The notes: generated from the letters alone by a model not told the origin. A stretch of DNA of 17,120 nt from Octopus sinensis (GCF_006345805.1 NW_021825015.1:1-17120), one strand, 5' to 3'; shown: positions 1-8,487, counted from the stretch's first letter. Numbers and translations are program-made.

Positions 1-59
1 GATTTCCTGGAGAAACGGCCAATTCATATGAACTTACCCAACTAACTTACAACAGGGAG

Positions 60-260
60 AGCCTGTATGGATTAGACACTCAATGTGGCCAACCAATCTG
101 ATAGAAATAATAGTCAAATTTTCTACAAGTTACACTATCATCTTAGAAAGTGCAACGTACATGTAAGATAATGTAGTTCTAGATATGGTCATGGGCGGAA
201 ACGTACTGACCATTGTTCTGTGGTATCAGGGTTGACCTAGGCCTAAATAACATCATACAA
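60..260 (+). repeat. Diverged copy of an unclassified interspersed repeat (paralog at about 4945-5160)
   Basis: Shares colinear blocks with 4945-5160: gagcc(t)gta(t/c)g, tagaaata(at/gc)agtcaaat, ggtca/gatca..gg..ggaaa and (gt/gc)tgacct(a/t)gg(c/g)ctaaa(t/c)aa. Confidence 0.5.
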
Positions 261-785
261 CGTACTCATACATAAATATACACAATTCTGTACACACATA
301 GAAACGCACACAAACATATATACAAACTAGAAAGCTGTTTTCATTTTGTTTACACTTTTCTGTGTGTGTCTATTTGTCTGTCTGCCTGTTTTACCCGTCT
401 CACCCCTCCTCTCTAACCGTTATCATTCTTTTCTCCTTCTCTCTCTGGTATAGTGAATTTAGCAGTGACATTGGGGTTTAGTATAAAAGTGCTTACTCAG
501 TCCTGTGTTGCGGGCTTGACTGCAAGGAACACACAAGCAGAGAGTTTTACAAATGGAAGAACGAGAATCCAAAGCACTTTGTTAAAAAAAAGTACTTTGG
601 TATTACGAAACTCTAACTTCCTGAGTAACTCCGGTGGTATTATCCACGTCTAACATCGCACACAGAGACAGACAACCTAAATAGATGGCAAGTTTCACCT
701 TTTGCAGAGAGTCAAGACAATTCTTCTAATGACAATTACAGACTGTAAGGGAAGTGAGTAGGGGAGACACGAGTAAGGGAAGCCG

Positions 786-960
786 GAGGGGGAGAGAGAG
801 AGTGAGAGTGGAAACAGACTGAGTGGGAGTGAAAAGAAGAGGAGGGCTGTACAGACAGTAGTAGTAGTAGTAAAAGATAGGTAATGTTAATTTGGCAAGC
901 CAAGCTTAACACTACACTTCAGTGAGTGAGAGAGAGAGAGGGAAAGAGGGCGAGTGAGAG
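786..960. repeat. Compound (AG)n/(TAG)n purine-rich microsatellite region
   Basis: GAGAGA runs at about 793-812 and 925-960; (GTA)n at about 857-871. Confidence 0.8.
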
Positions 961-1363
961 TAAAAAGTAAGTCAAACAAGAGTTTTCCCCCACCCCTGAT
1001 GTAACCCTCAATAAGGGGGGAGAGGGAGAGGTTTGTTTGAAGTTGTCGTCTCCCCATGGAAATGTTGTTTACTTAAGGATGTGTTCATCTGAACACACCC
1101 ACATACACAGTAGTGTGTGTGACGACTGTCTGATGTGTAAAACTAATCCTCTATCTGTAATACAGATGTTTCTGGTATTTGTGTGATCACGTGTAGCTAT
1201 GTATGCCTTCGTGCAGTCATACACACACACACACACCGAGTCGAACCTTTCAGACACAGCAAGGACTCTCCCAGAAGGAAAGACGAGAAAATAGATTTTA
1301 ATAATCAGTCCAGACAGTGTCATAAAGTACCACTTGCCATTCCTTCGCACGTACATATCCCAC

Positions 1364-1577
1364 TCAGTATGTACGTCTCCATTCAATGTATCCCCCGCTC
1401 TCATTCTTCAATATATGAACATCTCCACTCGGTATGTTGTCACTTAGACAACGATAAGAAATACAACAGTCCTCAGGTGTGGGCACAAGCATTTCATAAA
1501 GATGGGGGTTGAATTCCAAGAAATATTCAATACCTGAAACTCCACAACTGTTAAAAGGATCACCTTCAGAGAGAGGT
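1364..1577 (-). CDS. Candidate coding exon of an unidentified protein: (x)PLSEGDPFNSCGVSGIEYFLEFNPHLYEMLVPTPEDCCISYRCLSDNIPSGDVHILKNESGGYIEWRRTY*
   Basis: Pyrimidine-rich acceptor ttccttgttcgttcctgttttgcgcatatag|A (phase 2), then 70 open codons with many G-starting and T-ending codons. Not in the ORF track because it lacks its own long ATG-initiated frame. No homolog confidently recognised. Confidence 0.35.
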
Positions 1578-2564
1578 CTATATGCGCAAAACAGGAACGA
1601 ACAAGGAAGTTTCTACGTGGTCACTTGATCTGCTGGAAACAGCAACCAAATATCCTTTCTTTCGTAAAAAAAAAAAGGACGGATATAAGGAGCAGTGTAG
1701 TTTTAGGGAGAACAAAAATCCTTATTGCGTTTACACCACAGGATCCTATAAAGTCTGTTATGTCAGGGCTGACTCGGAGGTTAAACAATAATCTGGAGAA
1801 GAGAAACATTGCGTACCATAAAAAGGGTTATGTGAGAGGGATTTTAAGCGCAAACGTGAAAATGATACGAAAACGGACAGCCGCCTCTCTTGAACTCAGG
1901 AAAGTTATATTACGTCACATTTCGAAGGTTAAAAGGTTTTTGCGAGAGATAACCAGAACATTTCTGATAACAAATTGGAGGGAATTATACATATTTGGTG
2001 AATGGTTTATGAACGAGTGTTAAAACTGAAAAAAAACCCCAAAAAAACTGACACTGCAGAAGTGTCACGAGACCAGAAAACAAACCAAACACCTCCATAT
2101 CTGCCATAAATATTACTGGCTTTTGTTTTATTTTGTAAAAGTTTTGTATACTTTTGACTAAAGTTTGTTGCCAAACAGTATACGACCCGGTCATTGACAT
2201 ATATTCATTCTACTACAGTTCAGATATGAATAGTGCTTGTAACCAGGTCGCAGACACGATGCTCAGAAATGGAGTGGAAGAATAACCGTGTCGAAGACAG
2301 CATCACAAAGATGCAATAGTAAAACGACCAGAACATTCGAAGACTGCATCTCAGAGATGCAGTGAAATATGTGCCAGTGACAACTCATGGAGTGCATTTT
2401 AGTGACATTTTGGAATAATGGCTAGATTGCTCGCACTCTGTATCTGAGAGATGCTGAAGAAAATATGCCAGAAACTATTTCGTAGAGTGCGACGGATGCA
2501 ATGAGACATAGTATAATGACAAACTGACACTTTATACACAAAGGTATTTCAATATATTGGCTTC

Positions 2565-2694
2565 TTCCGCCGAGGTCAACTTTGCCTTTCATCCTTTCGG
2601 GGTCGACAAATTAAGTACCAGCTGCGTACTGGAGTCGATCTAATCCACTGGCCCCTTCCCCGAAATTTCGGGCCTTGTGCCTAGAATAGAAAAT
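2565..2694 (+). mobile_element. 5'-truncated tRNA-derived SINE (central domain GCCTTTCATCCTTTCGGGGTCGA) with 14-bp TSD
   Basis: Matches the 3' two-thirds of the copies at 3826-4455. Flanked by an exact direct repeat AATATATTGGCTTC (2551-2564 and 2695-2708). Confidence 0.8.
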
Positions 2695-3048
2695 AATATA
2701 TTGGCTTCATTTTCTGTCGACTGATGTTCACAATAATTTCATTTCTAACACCTTCTGACAGTGCCGACCTACATTGATGCGAGCAGAGAGATGTCTGGGT
2801 GGTTTTTTGTCCACATCGCAGCATGCTCTCATCCTGTTTCATCATGTCTTGTTTATGAGGTGTTACTTTCTAAAAACTGAATCAAAACAAAAACAGCAGC
2901 ACCCATGACCTTCACAAAACTTTCGACACTTTTCCAGTTTCAAAAACTCTATCTTTGGAGACTTGCTTCTTTAGATCTGTCCCAGATTCCTCGAAGGAGA
3001 CAGGTTTAGTCGGTCAAGCGAAACCGTAACCAGATACAATCAATTAGG

Positions 3049-3456
3049 GGATCTTTTCGGTTTGAACGGCAGTTTTTCTAGCAGTGTCATATGAAATTGT
3101 CACCCATAATTATGACCCTAGTATCGATCTATTGCATTTCAATCTCTTTTAAGGTTAGCGGTGGGGGGAAGGGTATCTTTTTTTCTTCACAAATGTAAAT
3201 AAACCCAATCTGTTTCTTAAACGAGGGACATATTCATACGGCACAGAATGTTTTCACCTCAATAGACGTTATTGATTGGTTGAAATTGCAGAAATTGAAG
3301 AAAAAACAACAAATATCTTACAAACTATAGAATTTTCTCAATAAAGCCAAGAGAAAAAGATGCTTTATAAACACATTCTACCAGTATACGAAGTTTAAAA
3401 GTGTTGAGTTACGTGGAAATTATATTAAAAAACTGTCGGTCAAACCGAAAAGATCC
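3049..3456. mobile_element. Non-autonomous TIR DNA transposon (MITE), Merlin/IS1016-like
   Basis: TIRs GGATCTTTTCGGTTTGAACGGCAGTTTTT / AAAAACTGTCGGTCAAACCGAAAAGATCC (2 mismatches). 8-bp TSD CAATTAGG at 3041-3048 and 3457-3464. No ORF. The superfamily is inferred from GG termini plus the 8-bp TSD. Confidence 0.8.
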
Positions 3457-3519
3457 CAATTAGGTATAGAAATTAAGACATTTCATTTTAAAATATATTA
3501 AAGAAAAAAAAAAGAAAAG

Positions 3520-4690
3520 ACATCGTTAGAAACTCGGTCAGAAAATAACTTGCTCTATTCATTCCGTCTCTAAATTTCTAAGTTGAAAACTCACCAAGGT
3601 CAACTTTATCTTTAAATTCTTCCAGACTCAAAATAAAAGTAACCAGTCAAGTAATAAAACAGATTTAATTGACCCCCCCCCACACACACACACACACACT
3701 TCCTCTCTCTAACTAGATTTGTGACCTTGGGCCAAGAATAGAAACTTGGTTTTTATGTATAATTTTTTTGTTATTTAGATTTCCTGCATATATGGTACAA
3801 ATGCCTGTTTTATTATTGTTATTGTTTGGCGAGCAGGCAGTATTGTTAGCATGCCGGATGAAATGCGTAGCCGTGTTTCGTCAGCCGCTACGTTCTGAGT
3901 TCAAATTCCGCCGAGGTCGACTTTGCCTTTCATCCTTTCAGGGTCGATTAAATAAGTACCAGTTACGCACTGGGGTCGATATAATCGACTTGATCCGTTT
4001 GTCTGTCCTTGTTTGTCCTCTCTGTGTTTAGCCCCTTGTGGGCAGTAAAGAAATAGGTATTTCGTCCGCCTTTTTGTTCTGAGTTAAAATCTCGTCAAGT
4101 TCGACTTCGTCTTTTATTATTTCGAGGTTGATAAAGTACCAATCAAGCACTCGGATCGATGTAACTGACCTACACCTCCCCTCAACTCGCTGGCCTTGTG
4201 CTAAATTTTGAAACCATCACCTTTATCAGAATTCGAGCTGGAAGAATCGTCAGCGCGTTGGACGAAAGGCTTAACGCTATTTCGCCCGTCGCTCCGTTCT
4301 GAGTTCAAATTCCGTCGAGGTCGACTCTACCTTTCATCCTATTGGGATCGATAAAAACAAGTACCAGTTGAACACTGGGGATCGATGTAATCGACTCGTC
4401 CCCTCCGCCAAAATTGCTGCCCTTGTGACAAAATTTGAAACCATTATTATTATTTTCTGAATTAAATCTAGGGTGATGGATTGCAAAAACAACCATAACG
4501 CTGGAAACAAAAGTGCTTTGCGATGTTTTTTTTTTCCCCGTTTCGAGTTCTAATCCCGTCGAGATGAACTTTTCTTTTCATCCCTTCGGGGTCGATAAAA
4601 TAAAATAGAAGAATCAGTTAAATCTGGGATCAATGTTCTCGATTAACCCCTCCCTCAAAACTGTAGACCTTGATTCTAAATTAGAAACCA
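3520..4690 (+). mobile_element. Head-to-tail stack of about five copies of one tRNA-derived SINE family
   Basis: Copies at about 3520-3750 (very diverged), 3826-4055, 4055-4215, 4233-4455 and 4495-4690. The best copies show an A-box-like TGG(C/A)AGAATCG, a B-box GTTCAAATTCC, the core GAGGTCGACTTTGCCTTTCATCCTTTC.GGGTCGATAAA..AAGTACCAG and the tail GCCTTGTG..AAATTTGAAACC(ATT)n. Confidence 0.8.
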
Positions 4691-4944
4691 TTGTATTCTA
4701 TTTTAATATTCTATAATTTTTTTTTTATCTTTGGAGCAGATATACGACAGGGTTATATATATACACACGCACACACATACGTATATGCGTGTGTTGCGTA
4801 TATAAGCTGTGCCTTTGTGACATTGTTAAACGCACAATACGTGGTGTCTAGAGGAAGGACTGACCTGGGCTGATAAATATAGACGATTACTAATGACAAC
4901 AATAACGTCACAAATAACAACAACAATATTAGTGACGTCAAAGC

Positions 4945-5160
4945 AACGGATGAGCCGTACGTGGTCGGCCGTTCGACCTGCTAGAAATAGCAGTCAAATC
5001 TACCGTATTTAGAAAATAAACTAAATGGGTAGAATATATGAGATAAAGGGATCGTAAATATGTCTAGTTGGAAGGAAAAGGGTGAGGTGATCACGGATGG
5101 AAATATTTTATTGTCATAAGTCTGATGGACCACAGCTGACCTTGGGCTAAACAATATTAT
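4945..5160 (+). repeat. Unclassified interspersed repeat, second copy of the family at 60-260
   Basis: gagccgtacgtggtc...gctagaaatagcagtcaaatc...gctgaccttgggctaaacaa is colinear with 60-260. Confidence 0.5.
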
Positions 5161-5189
5161 TAGAGGCAACGACATCATCAGTAAATGGT

Positions 5190-5470
5190 ATTGAGAGAGA
5201 GAGAGAGGGAGAGAGAATATGCACGTGTATGTTTATGAGAGTGCATGTTTGCGTGAGTGTTTGTGTATGCGTGTGTTTGTACGTATGTGTGAATTTGTAG
5301 GTACGTGTGTGTGTGTGTTAGTATGCGTGCGAGTTTATGTACACGTTTGTATGCGAAGGTGTGTGTGTGTTTGCAAGCGTGTTTATGTGAGTGCATATTT
5401 GTCAGGGTTACGAGAAGACGAGAGAGAGAGAAAGAGGGCGGGAAACATGGAGAGAGAGAGGGGAGGGAGG
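5190..5470. repeat. Compound (AG)n / degenerate (TG)n / (AG)n microsatellite
   Basis: Visible dinucleotide periodicity. It explains the VC/HT-rich spurious ORFs at 5178-5532. Confidence 0.85.
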
Positions 5471-5584
5471 GTCGTTGGATTCCAGGAAACTCAGCTGAAA
5501 ACAATGGCAGGTTCTACTCTATGATGATTTAACATACATTCTCTATTTTTAAACACACGACAGACAGACAGCCAGACACAACTC

Positions 5585-5990
5585 TCATATATTTCACAAT
5601 TTATACACACACCCATGACGTATACGAGCTTTCATATATTTTACCATTCTACACCCATTTAAACACTATATACCATAAAATTTATACACTAATCACATGA
5701 TTCGCATATTTTACAATTAATTATACACTCATGACACGGCTTTTTATATATTTTACAATGATACATTCACGATGCAGTTTTCATATATTTTACATTTTTT
5801 AAAGACAGCAGCCGTGTGTTCGTTTGTATATTATTAACCATCATCAAGGTTAAGGCCAGACTGGAGCAGTGCCCTTGTATATTTTACAACTTATACACCA
5901 ATGACAGCTTTCAGATATTTCGTAATTTATACGCCCATGAAACAGCTTTAATGTATATTACACTTATATGACATATATGTATAAAATATT
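5585..5990. repeat. Degenerate minisatellite, unit about 37 bp (approx. CATATATTTTACAATTTATACACCCATGACACAGCTTT), about 9 copies
   Basis: Recurring atatttt/ttatacac/catgac/gcttt blocks at about 5585, 5633, 5705, 5745, 5782, 5876, 5912 and 5950, interrupted at about 5805-5875. Confidence 0.7.
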
Positions 5991-6076
5991 TGCCATATAT
6001 AAGATTGTTTAAGGGAGAAGAGACAGTGTCAGCCCATAGCCGTTTCTGGTGCTGCCATACAGATGAAGTAGCTCAC

Positions 6077-6270
6077 TCAGCTTTGGTGTTTATATGTTTA
6101 CATTGTAAGGAAAGACGTGGAACGACGATGAGGTAGGGGTTATGTTCGGGAGTGGTTTGAAAGCTTGTAACAGACGCAACGACTGAACGGTAGAGGCACA
6201 GGTAACCCATACATAGATTGATTGTTATTGACATACAAAAGAACAGTTTGAAATGGGGTCTATATTTCAT
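6077..6270 (-). CDS. Candidate exon with a signal-anchor-like N-terminus (MKYRPHFKLFFCMSITINLCMGYLCLYRS...KHINTKA(E))
   Basis: Part of ORF 6073-6324. Basic N-terminus followed by a hydrophobic stretch of about 19 residues. Ends at the donor GA|GTGAGC (phase 2), compatible with the 1577 acceptor. Codon usage is not clearly coding-like. Confidence 0.2.
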
Positions 6271-6316
6271 ATCAGGACTGGACTTATCAGTTTTGCCTAG
6301 GATTGACTTTTTACAG

Positions 6317-6507
6317 AAAGGCACAATATAGGGAAGATGACATCATCATCATCACCACCACCTGGAGCAGGAGTACTATTACAACATGGGTTAGATATAT
6401 CTGCAGCAGAACAGAACAACAAACATAGCACCAAAATTCTTGGAAACAATTTCAACATTAATACTGGAGTAGTATTAAAACAGTCTCCACGGCAACAATT
6501 ACACTGA
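6317..6507 (+). CDS. Candidate terminal coding exon: (x)RHNIGKMTSSSSPPPGAGVLLQHGLDISAAEQNNKHSTKILGNNFNINTGVVLKQSPRQQLH*
   Basis: Acceptor ttgactttttacag| at 6316. Upstream donor CAG|GTAACC at 6202 gives a 115-nt intron. Mostly A/T-ending codons. AATAAA hexamers about 300 bp after the stop (about 6808-6825). No homolog recognised. Confidence 0.4.
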
Positions 6508-6728
6508 ACTGAATAATCTCCATAGTAACCATGCTCTTCACGACCCAGGACTGAAGTCTCCCTAGCAACCATATTCTACATTACATAGCACTTAAGTCAC
6601 CGTAGCAACCATACTCTACATAGCTCTTAACAGTCTCCATAACAACCACACTCTACATAGCACTTGTGTAGAGTCATTATAGCAACCATGCTCTACATTA
6701 CATACTGCTGAGCAGTCACCATAGTAAC
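6483..6728. promoter_or_regulatory. Tandem array of seven RFX X-box-like 14-mers in a 33-42 bp minisatellite
   Basis: GTCTCCACGGCAAC 6483, ATCTCCATAGTAAC 6516, GTCTCCCTAGCAAC 6556, GTCACCGTAGCAAC 6596, GTCTCCATAACAAC 6633, GTCATTATAGCAAC 6673, GTCACCATAGTAAC 6715, compared with the X-box consensus GTHNYY-AT-RRNAAC. Function is inferred. Confidence 0.55.
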
Positions 6729-6833
6729 ACATCTACCAGCCTCATCTATTGCCAGACTCTTTCAAAACACCACAATTTATTAACAATAATAATACAATAC
6801 TAATAATAATAAATAGTTAATAAACAATAATAG

Positions 6834-6985
6834 GTGCAGATGAAGCTGTGTTGTTAATAGATTTGCTTTCCAACCTTCTAGTTTTGCATTCAGTCCCACT
6901 GCTTGGTTTTGTGAGTAAATATGGTAAATGGAAACTGAAAGAAGCCTGTTATATATCTATCTGTCTGTCTGTCTGTCTGTCTAAA
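6834..6985 (+). mobile_element. 5' part of a tRNA-derived SINE (same family as 7995-8445), internally deleted
   Basis: gctgtg..gttaa.a..(t)tgct(t)tccaacc...ttcagtcccactg...ttgtgagtaaat(a/t)tggta...gaaac aligns with 8000-8140. Ends in (TCTG)n. Confidence 0.65.
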
Positions 6986-7164
6986 GTTTTACCACAAATT
7001 ACTTGCTTCGTTCATGGAATTATATTGCTAAAGTATTTTGGTGAGATATTCAGCTGAAAATATTCAAAGGTCTATCACCTGAAGAAATGGCACTTTGTGA
7101 AAATATGAACTTATATAATATTATGTATTAAGTTACACAACTGTACTCATGTTAGGAGTAAATA

Positions 7165-7368
7165 TTGGTTTCAAATTTAGGCACAAAGCCAACAATTTTG
7201 GAGGAGGGGATAAGTCGATTACATTGACTCCAGTGTTTAACTGATACTTATTTTATTGATCCCAAAAGAATGAAAGGTAAAGTTGACCTCGGCAGAATTA
7301 AAATTCAGAACGTGAAAACGAAAGAAATGCTACGTAGCATTTAGCCTGGTGTGCTTATGATTCTACCC
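7165..7368 (-). mobile_element. tRNA-derived SINE, same family as 3826-4455
   Basis: Reverse complement gives ttctgaattttaattctgccgaggtcaactttacctttcattcttttgggatcaataaaataagtatcag...gctttgtgcctaaatttgaaacc. Confidence 0.8.
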
Positions 7369-7394
7369 TGAAATATCCATTTATGGTATTCTTC

Positions 7395-7640
7395 TTTGCT
7401 ATGTGTGTATGTCTTTGTCAGTCTTGACATTGTAGGATGGTTGTAAACCTCTTTAGTGTCATAAAAGCCTTTCCAATCTTCAGTGAAGGACATGTTCAGC
7501 CATGGGGAAATGCTGCCTTGTTTGGAAACAAGTGGATGTTGGCAACAAGAAGAGCATCCAGCCATAGAAAATCTTTCTCAATAAATTCCACTCGAGCCAG
7601 GCAAGTATGGAAAGGGGGACACTAAATGATGATGATTAGT
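7395..7640 (+). mobile_element. 3' half of a SINE with an RTE-like tail ending (TGA)n
   Basis: Aligns with 8230-8445. The terminal block ttggcaacaagaagagcatccagccatagaa...gcaagtatggaaa...taaatgatgatga resembles the LINE end at 14731-14873. Confidence 0.75.
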
Positions 7641-7697
7641 AATAAATTTATTAATTAAGAACAGATAATAGTTTGAACTGTCCCATTTTATATAACT

Positions 7698-7711
7698 GTT
7701 GCCATGACAAC
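7698..7711. promoter_or_regulatory. Single consensus RFX X-box GTTGCCATGACAAC
   Basis: Exact fit to GTHNYY-AT-RRNAAC, located in unique sequence between SINEs. Confidence 0.45.
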
Positions 7712-7994
7712 ACACTAGTGAACTTTTATCTTTTGGTTTGTGTGGAGGAATTAAGATAATGATGAGGAGCAGACGAGGGGAGAGAGACAAAGTATTTTGA
7801 TTTTAATCTATAATTGGTGATTGATTACTTGTCAATGTGACAAAAAAAAAAAAAAGATACTGGAAGTCCCCTATCTCCCCATATAAGCAGTAATAAACTT
7901 TTAGTGAGTTCAATACCAGCTGAAATATACAAACACACAATGACAAGAATAACAAGACAAACAAAATGGAAGTGTGATTATTAGCTTGACATAA

Positions 7995-8445
7995 CCACAA
8001 GTGTGGCTGTGCAGCGGTTAAGAAGCTTGTTTCCCAACCATGTGGTCTTGGGTTCAGACCCACTGTACAGCATCTGCAAGTGGCTTCTACCATAGCCTCA
8101 GTTGACCAAGGGCTTGTAAACAGATTTAGTACATGAAAACAGGGAAAAGCTCGTGTATATGCATATAAACATATAAACACACACATATCCATATATATGT
8201 GGTGTGTGGGTCCATGTGTGTGTTATGTCCTTGTTTTGACATCACATGACGTTTGTAAACAAGCATGACCATCATCCAAGTGAGGTTCCATTCTTTCGTG
8301 AGAATTGTGTCTGGCCATGGGAAGATTTTTCTTCACAAGGGTTAATGACAGGAAAGGCATCTGGCTGAATCTCCCTCAAAAAATTCCGTCTGACTCATAC
8401 AAGCATAGAAAAGTGGACATTCAATGAGAATGATGAGGATGAAGA
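7995..8445 (+). mobile_element. Near full-length tRNA-derived SINE with internal (AT/GT)n and RTE-like 3' tail
   Basis: Head gtggctgtgcagcggttaagaagcttg...gggttcagaccc (A/B-box-like), microsatellite middle, and tail aggaaaggcatctggctg...caagcatagaaaagtggacattcaatga(gaatgatgaggat). Confidence 0.75.
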
Positions 8446-8487
8446 AGACTCACAGAGGGAATTAGAAGTTGAACTTCAATTCTTCAG

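Noticed and set aside
482-502. TATAAAAG followed by TCAGT (TATA plus initiator)
   Set aside because: The spacing is about 15 bp rather than 25-30 bp, and TATA-like words are common in AT-rich DNA.
1060-1230. Possible SECIS elements downstream of the in-frame TGA (minus strand ATGA...AA...GA)
   Set aside because: Spacing to the AA loop and stem pairing do not fit the SECIS consensus by eye.
1069-1404. 111-aa minus-strand ORF MRAGDTLNG...
   Set aside because: An alternative frame of the 1577-1298 candidate whose second half runs through a (TG)n microsatellite. It would matter only if there is an assembly indel near 1400.
1537-2023. Long + strand open frame (includes the 132-aa ORF)
   Set aside because: R/K/I-rich, A-starting codons typical of an off-frame read; no recognisable domain or clear splice boundaries. 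Motif hints of Gypsy RT or Tc1 transposase in neighbouring frames were too weak to support.
2700-3040. Short protein-like stretches on both strands (e.g. PVSFEESGTDLKKQVSKDRVFETG; also LKIFKGLSPEEMALCENM near 7055)
   Set aside because: Bounded by stops and weak splice sites; cannot be distinguished from chance without transcript data.
3826-4455. tRNA genes
   Set aside because: A- and B-box-like motifs are about 60 nt apart, do not form a cloverleaf and are followed by SINE body and tail, so these are tRNA-derived SINE heads.
5436-5470. G-quadruplex-like GGG runs
   Set aside because: Embedded in an (AG)n microsatellite; no evidence of function beyond composition.
5178-5532. Cys/Val- and His/Thr-rich ORFs (also 10656-10974 and 16910-17095)
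   Set aside because: Translations of (TG)n, (CA)n and (TA)n microsatellites.
6297-6572. Minus-strand ORF with an apparent signal peptide and CC motif (MLKLFPRILVLCLLFCSAADISNPCC...), toxin-like
   Set aside because: It is the in-register antisense of the + strand frame that has the better codon bias and splice signals. GGGDDDD comes from a (CAT/CAC)n microsatellite.
6483-6728. CRISPR-like appearance (short conserved core with variable spacers)
   Set aside because: The repeats are not identical, the spacers are homologous to each other (cat.ctctacatagc), there are no cas genes and the context is eukaryotic.
7341-7625. ORFs MAGCSSCC... and MVVNLF...
   Set aside because: They lie within a SINE copy that has paralogs in the window.
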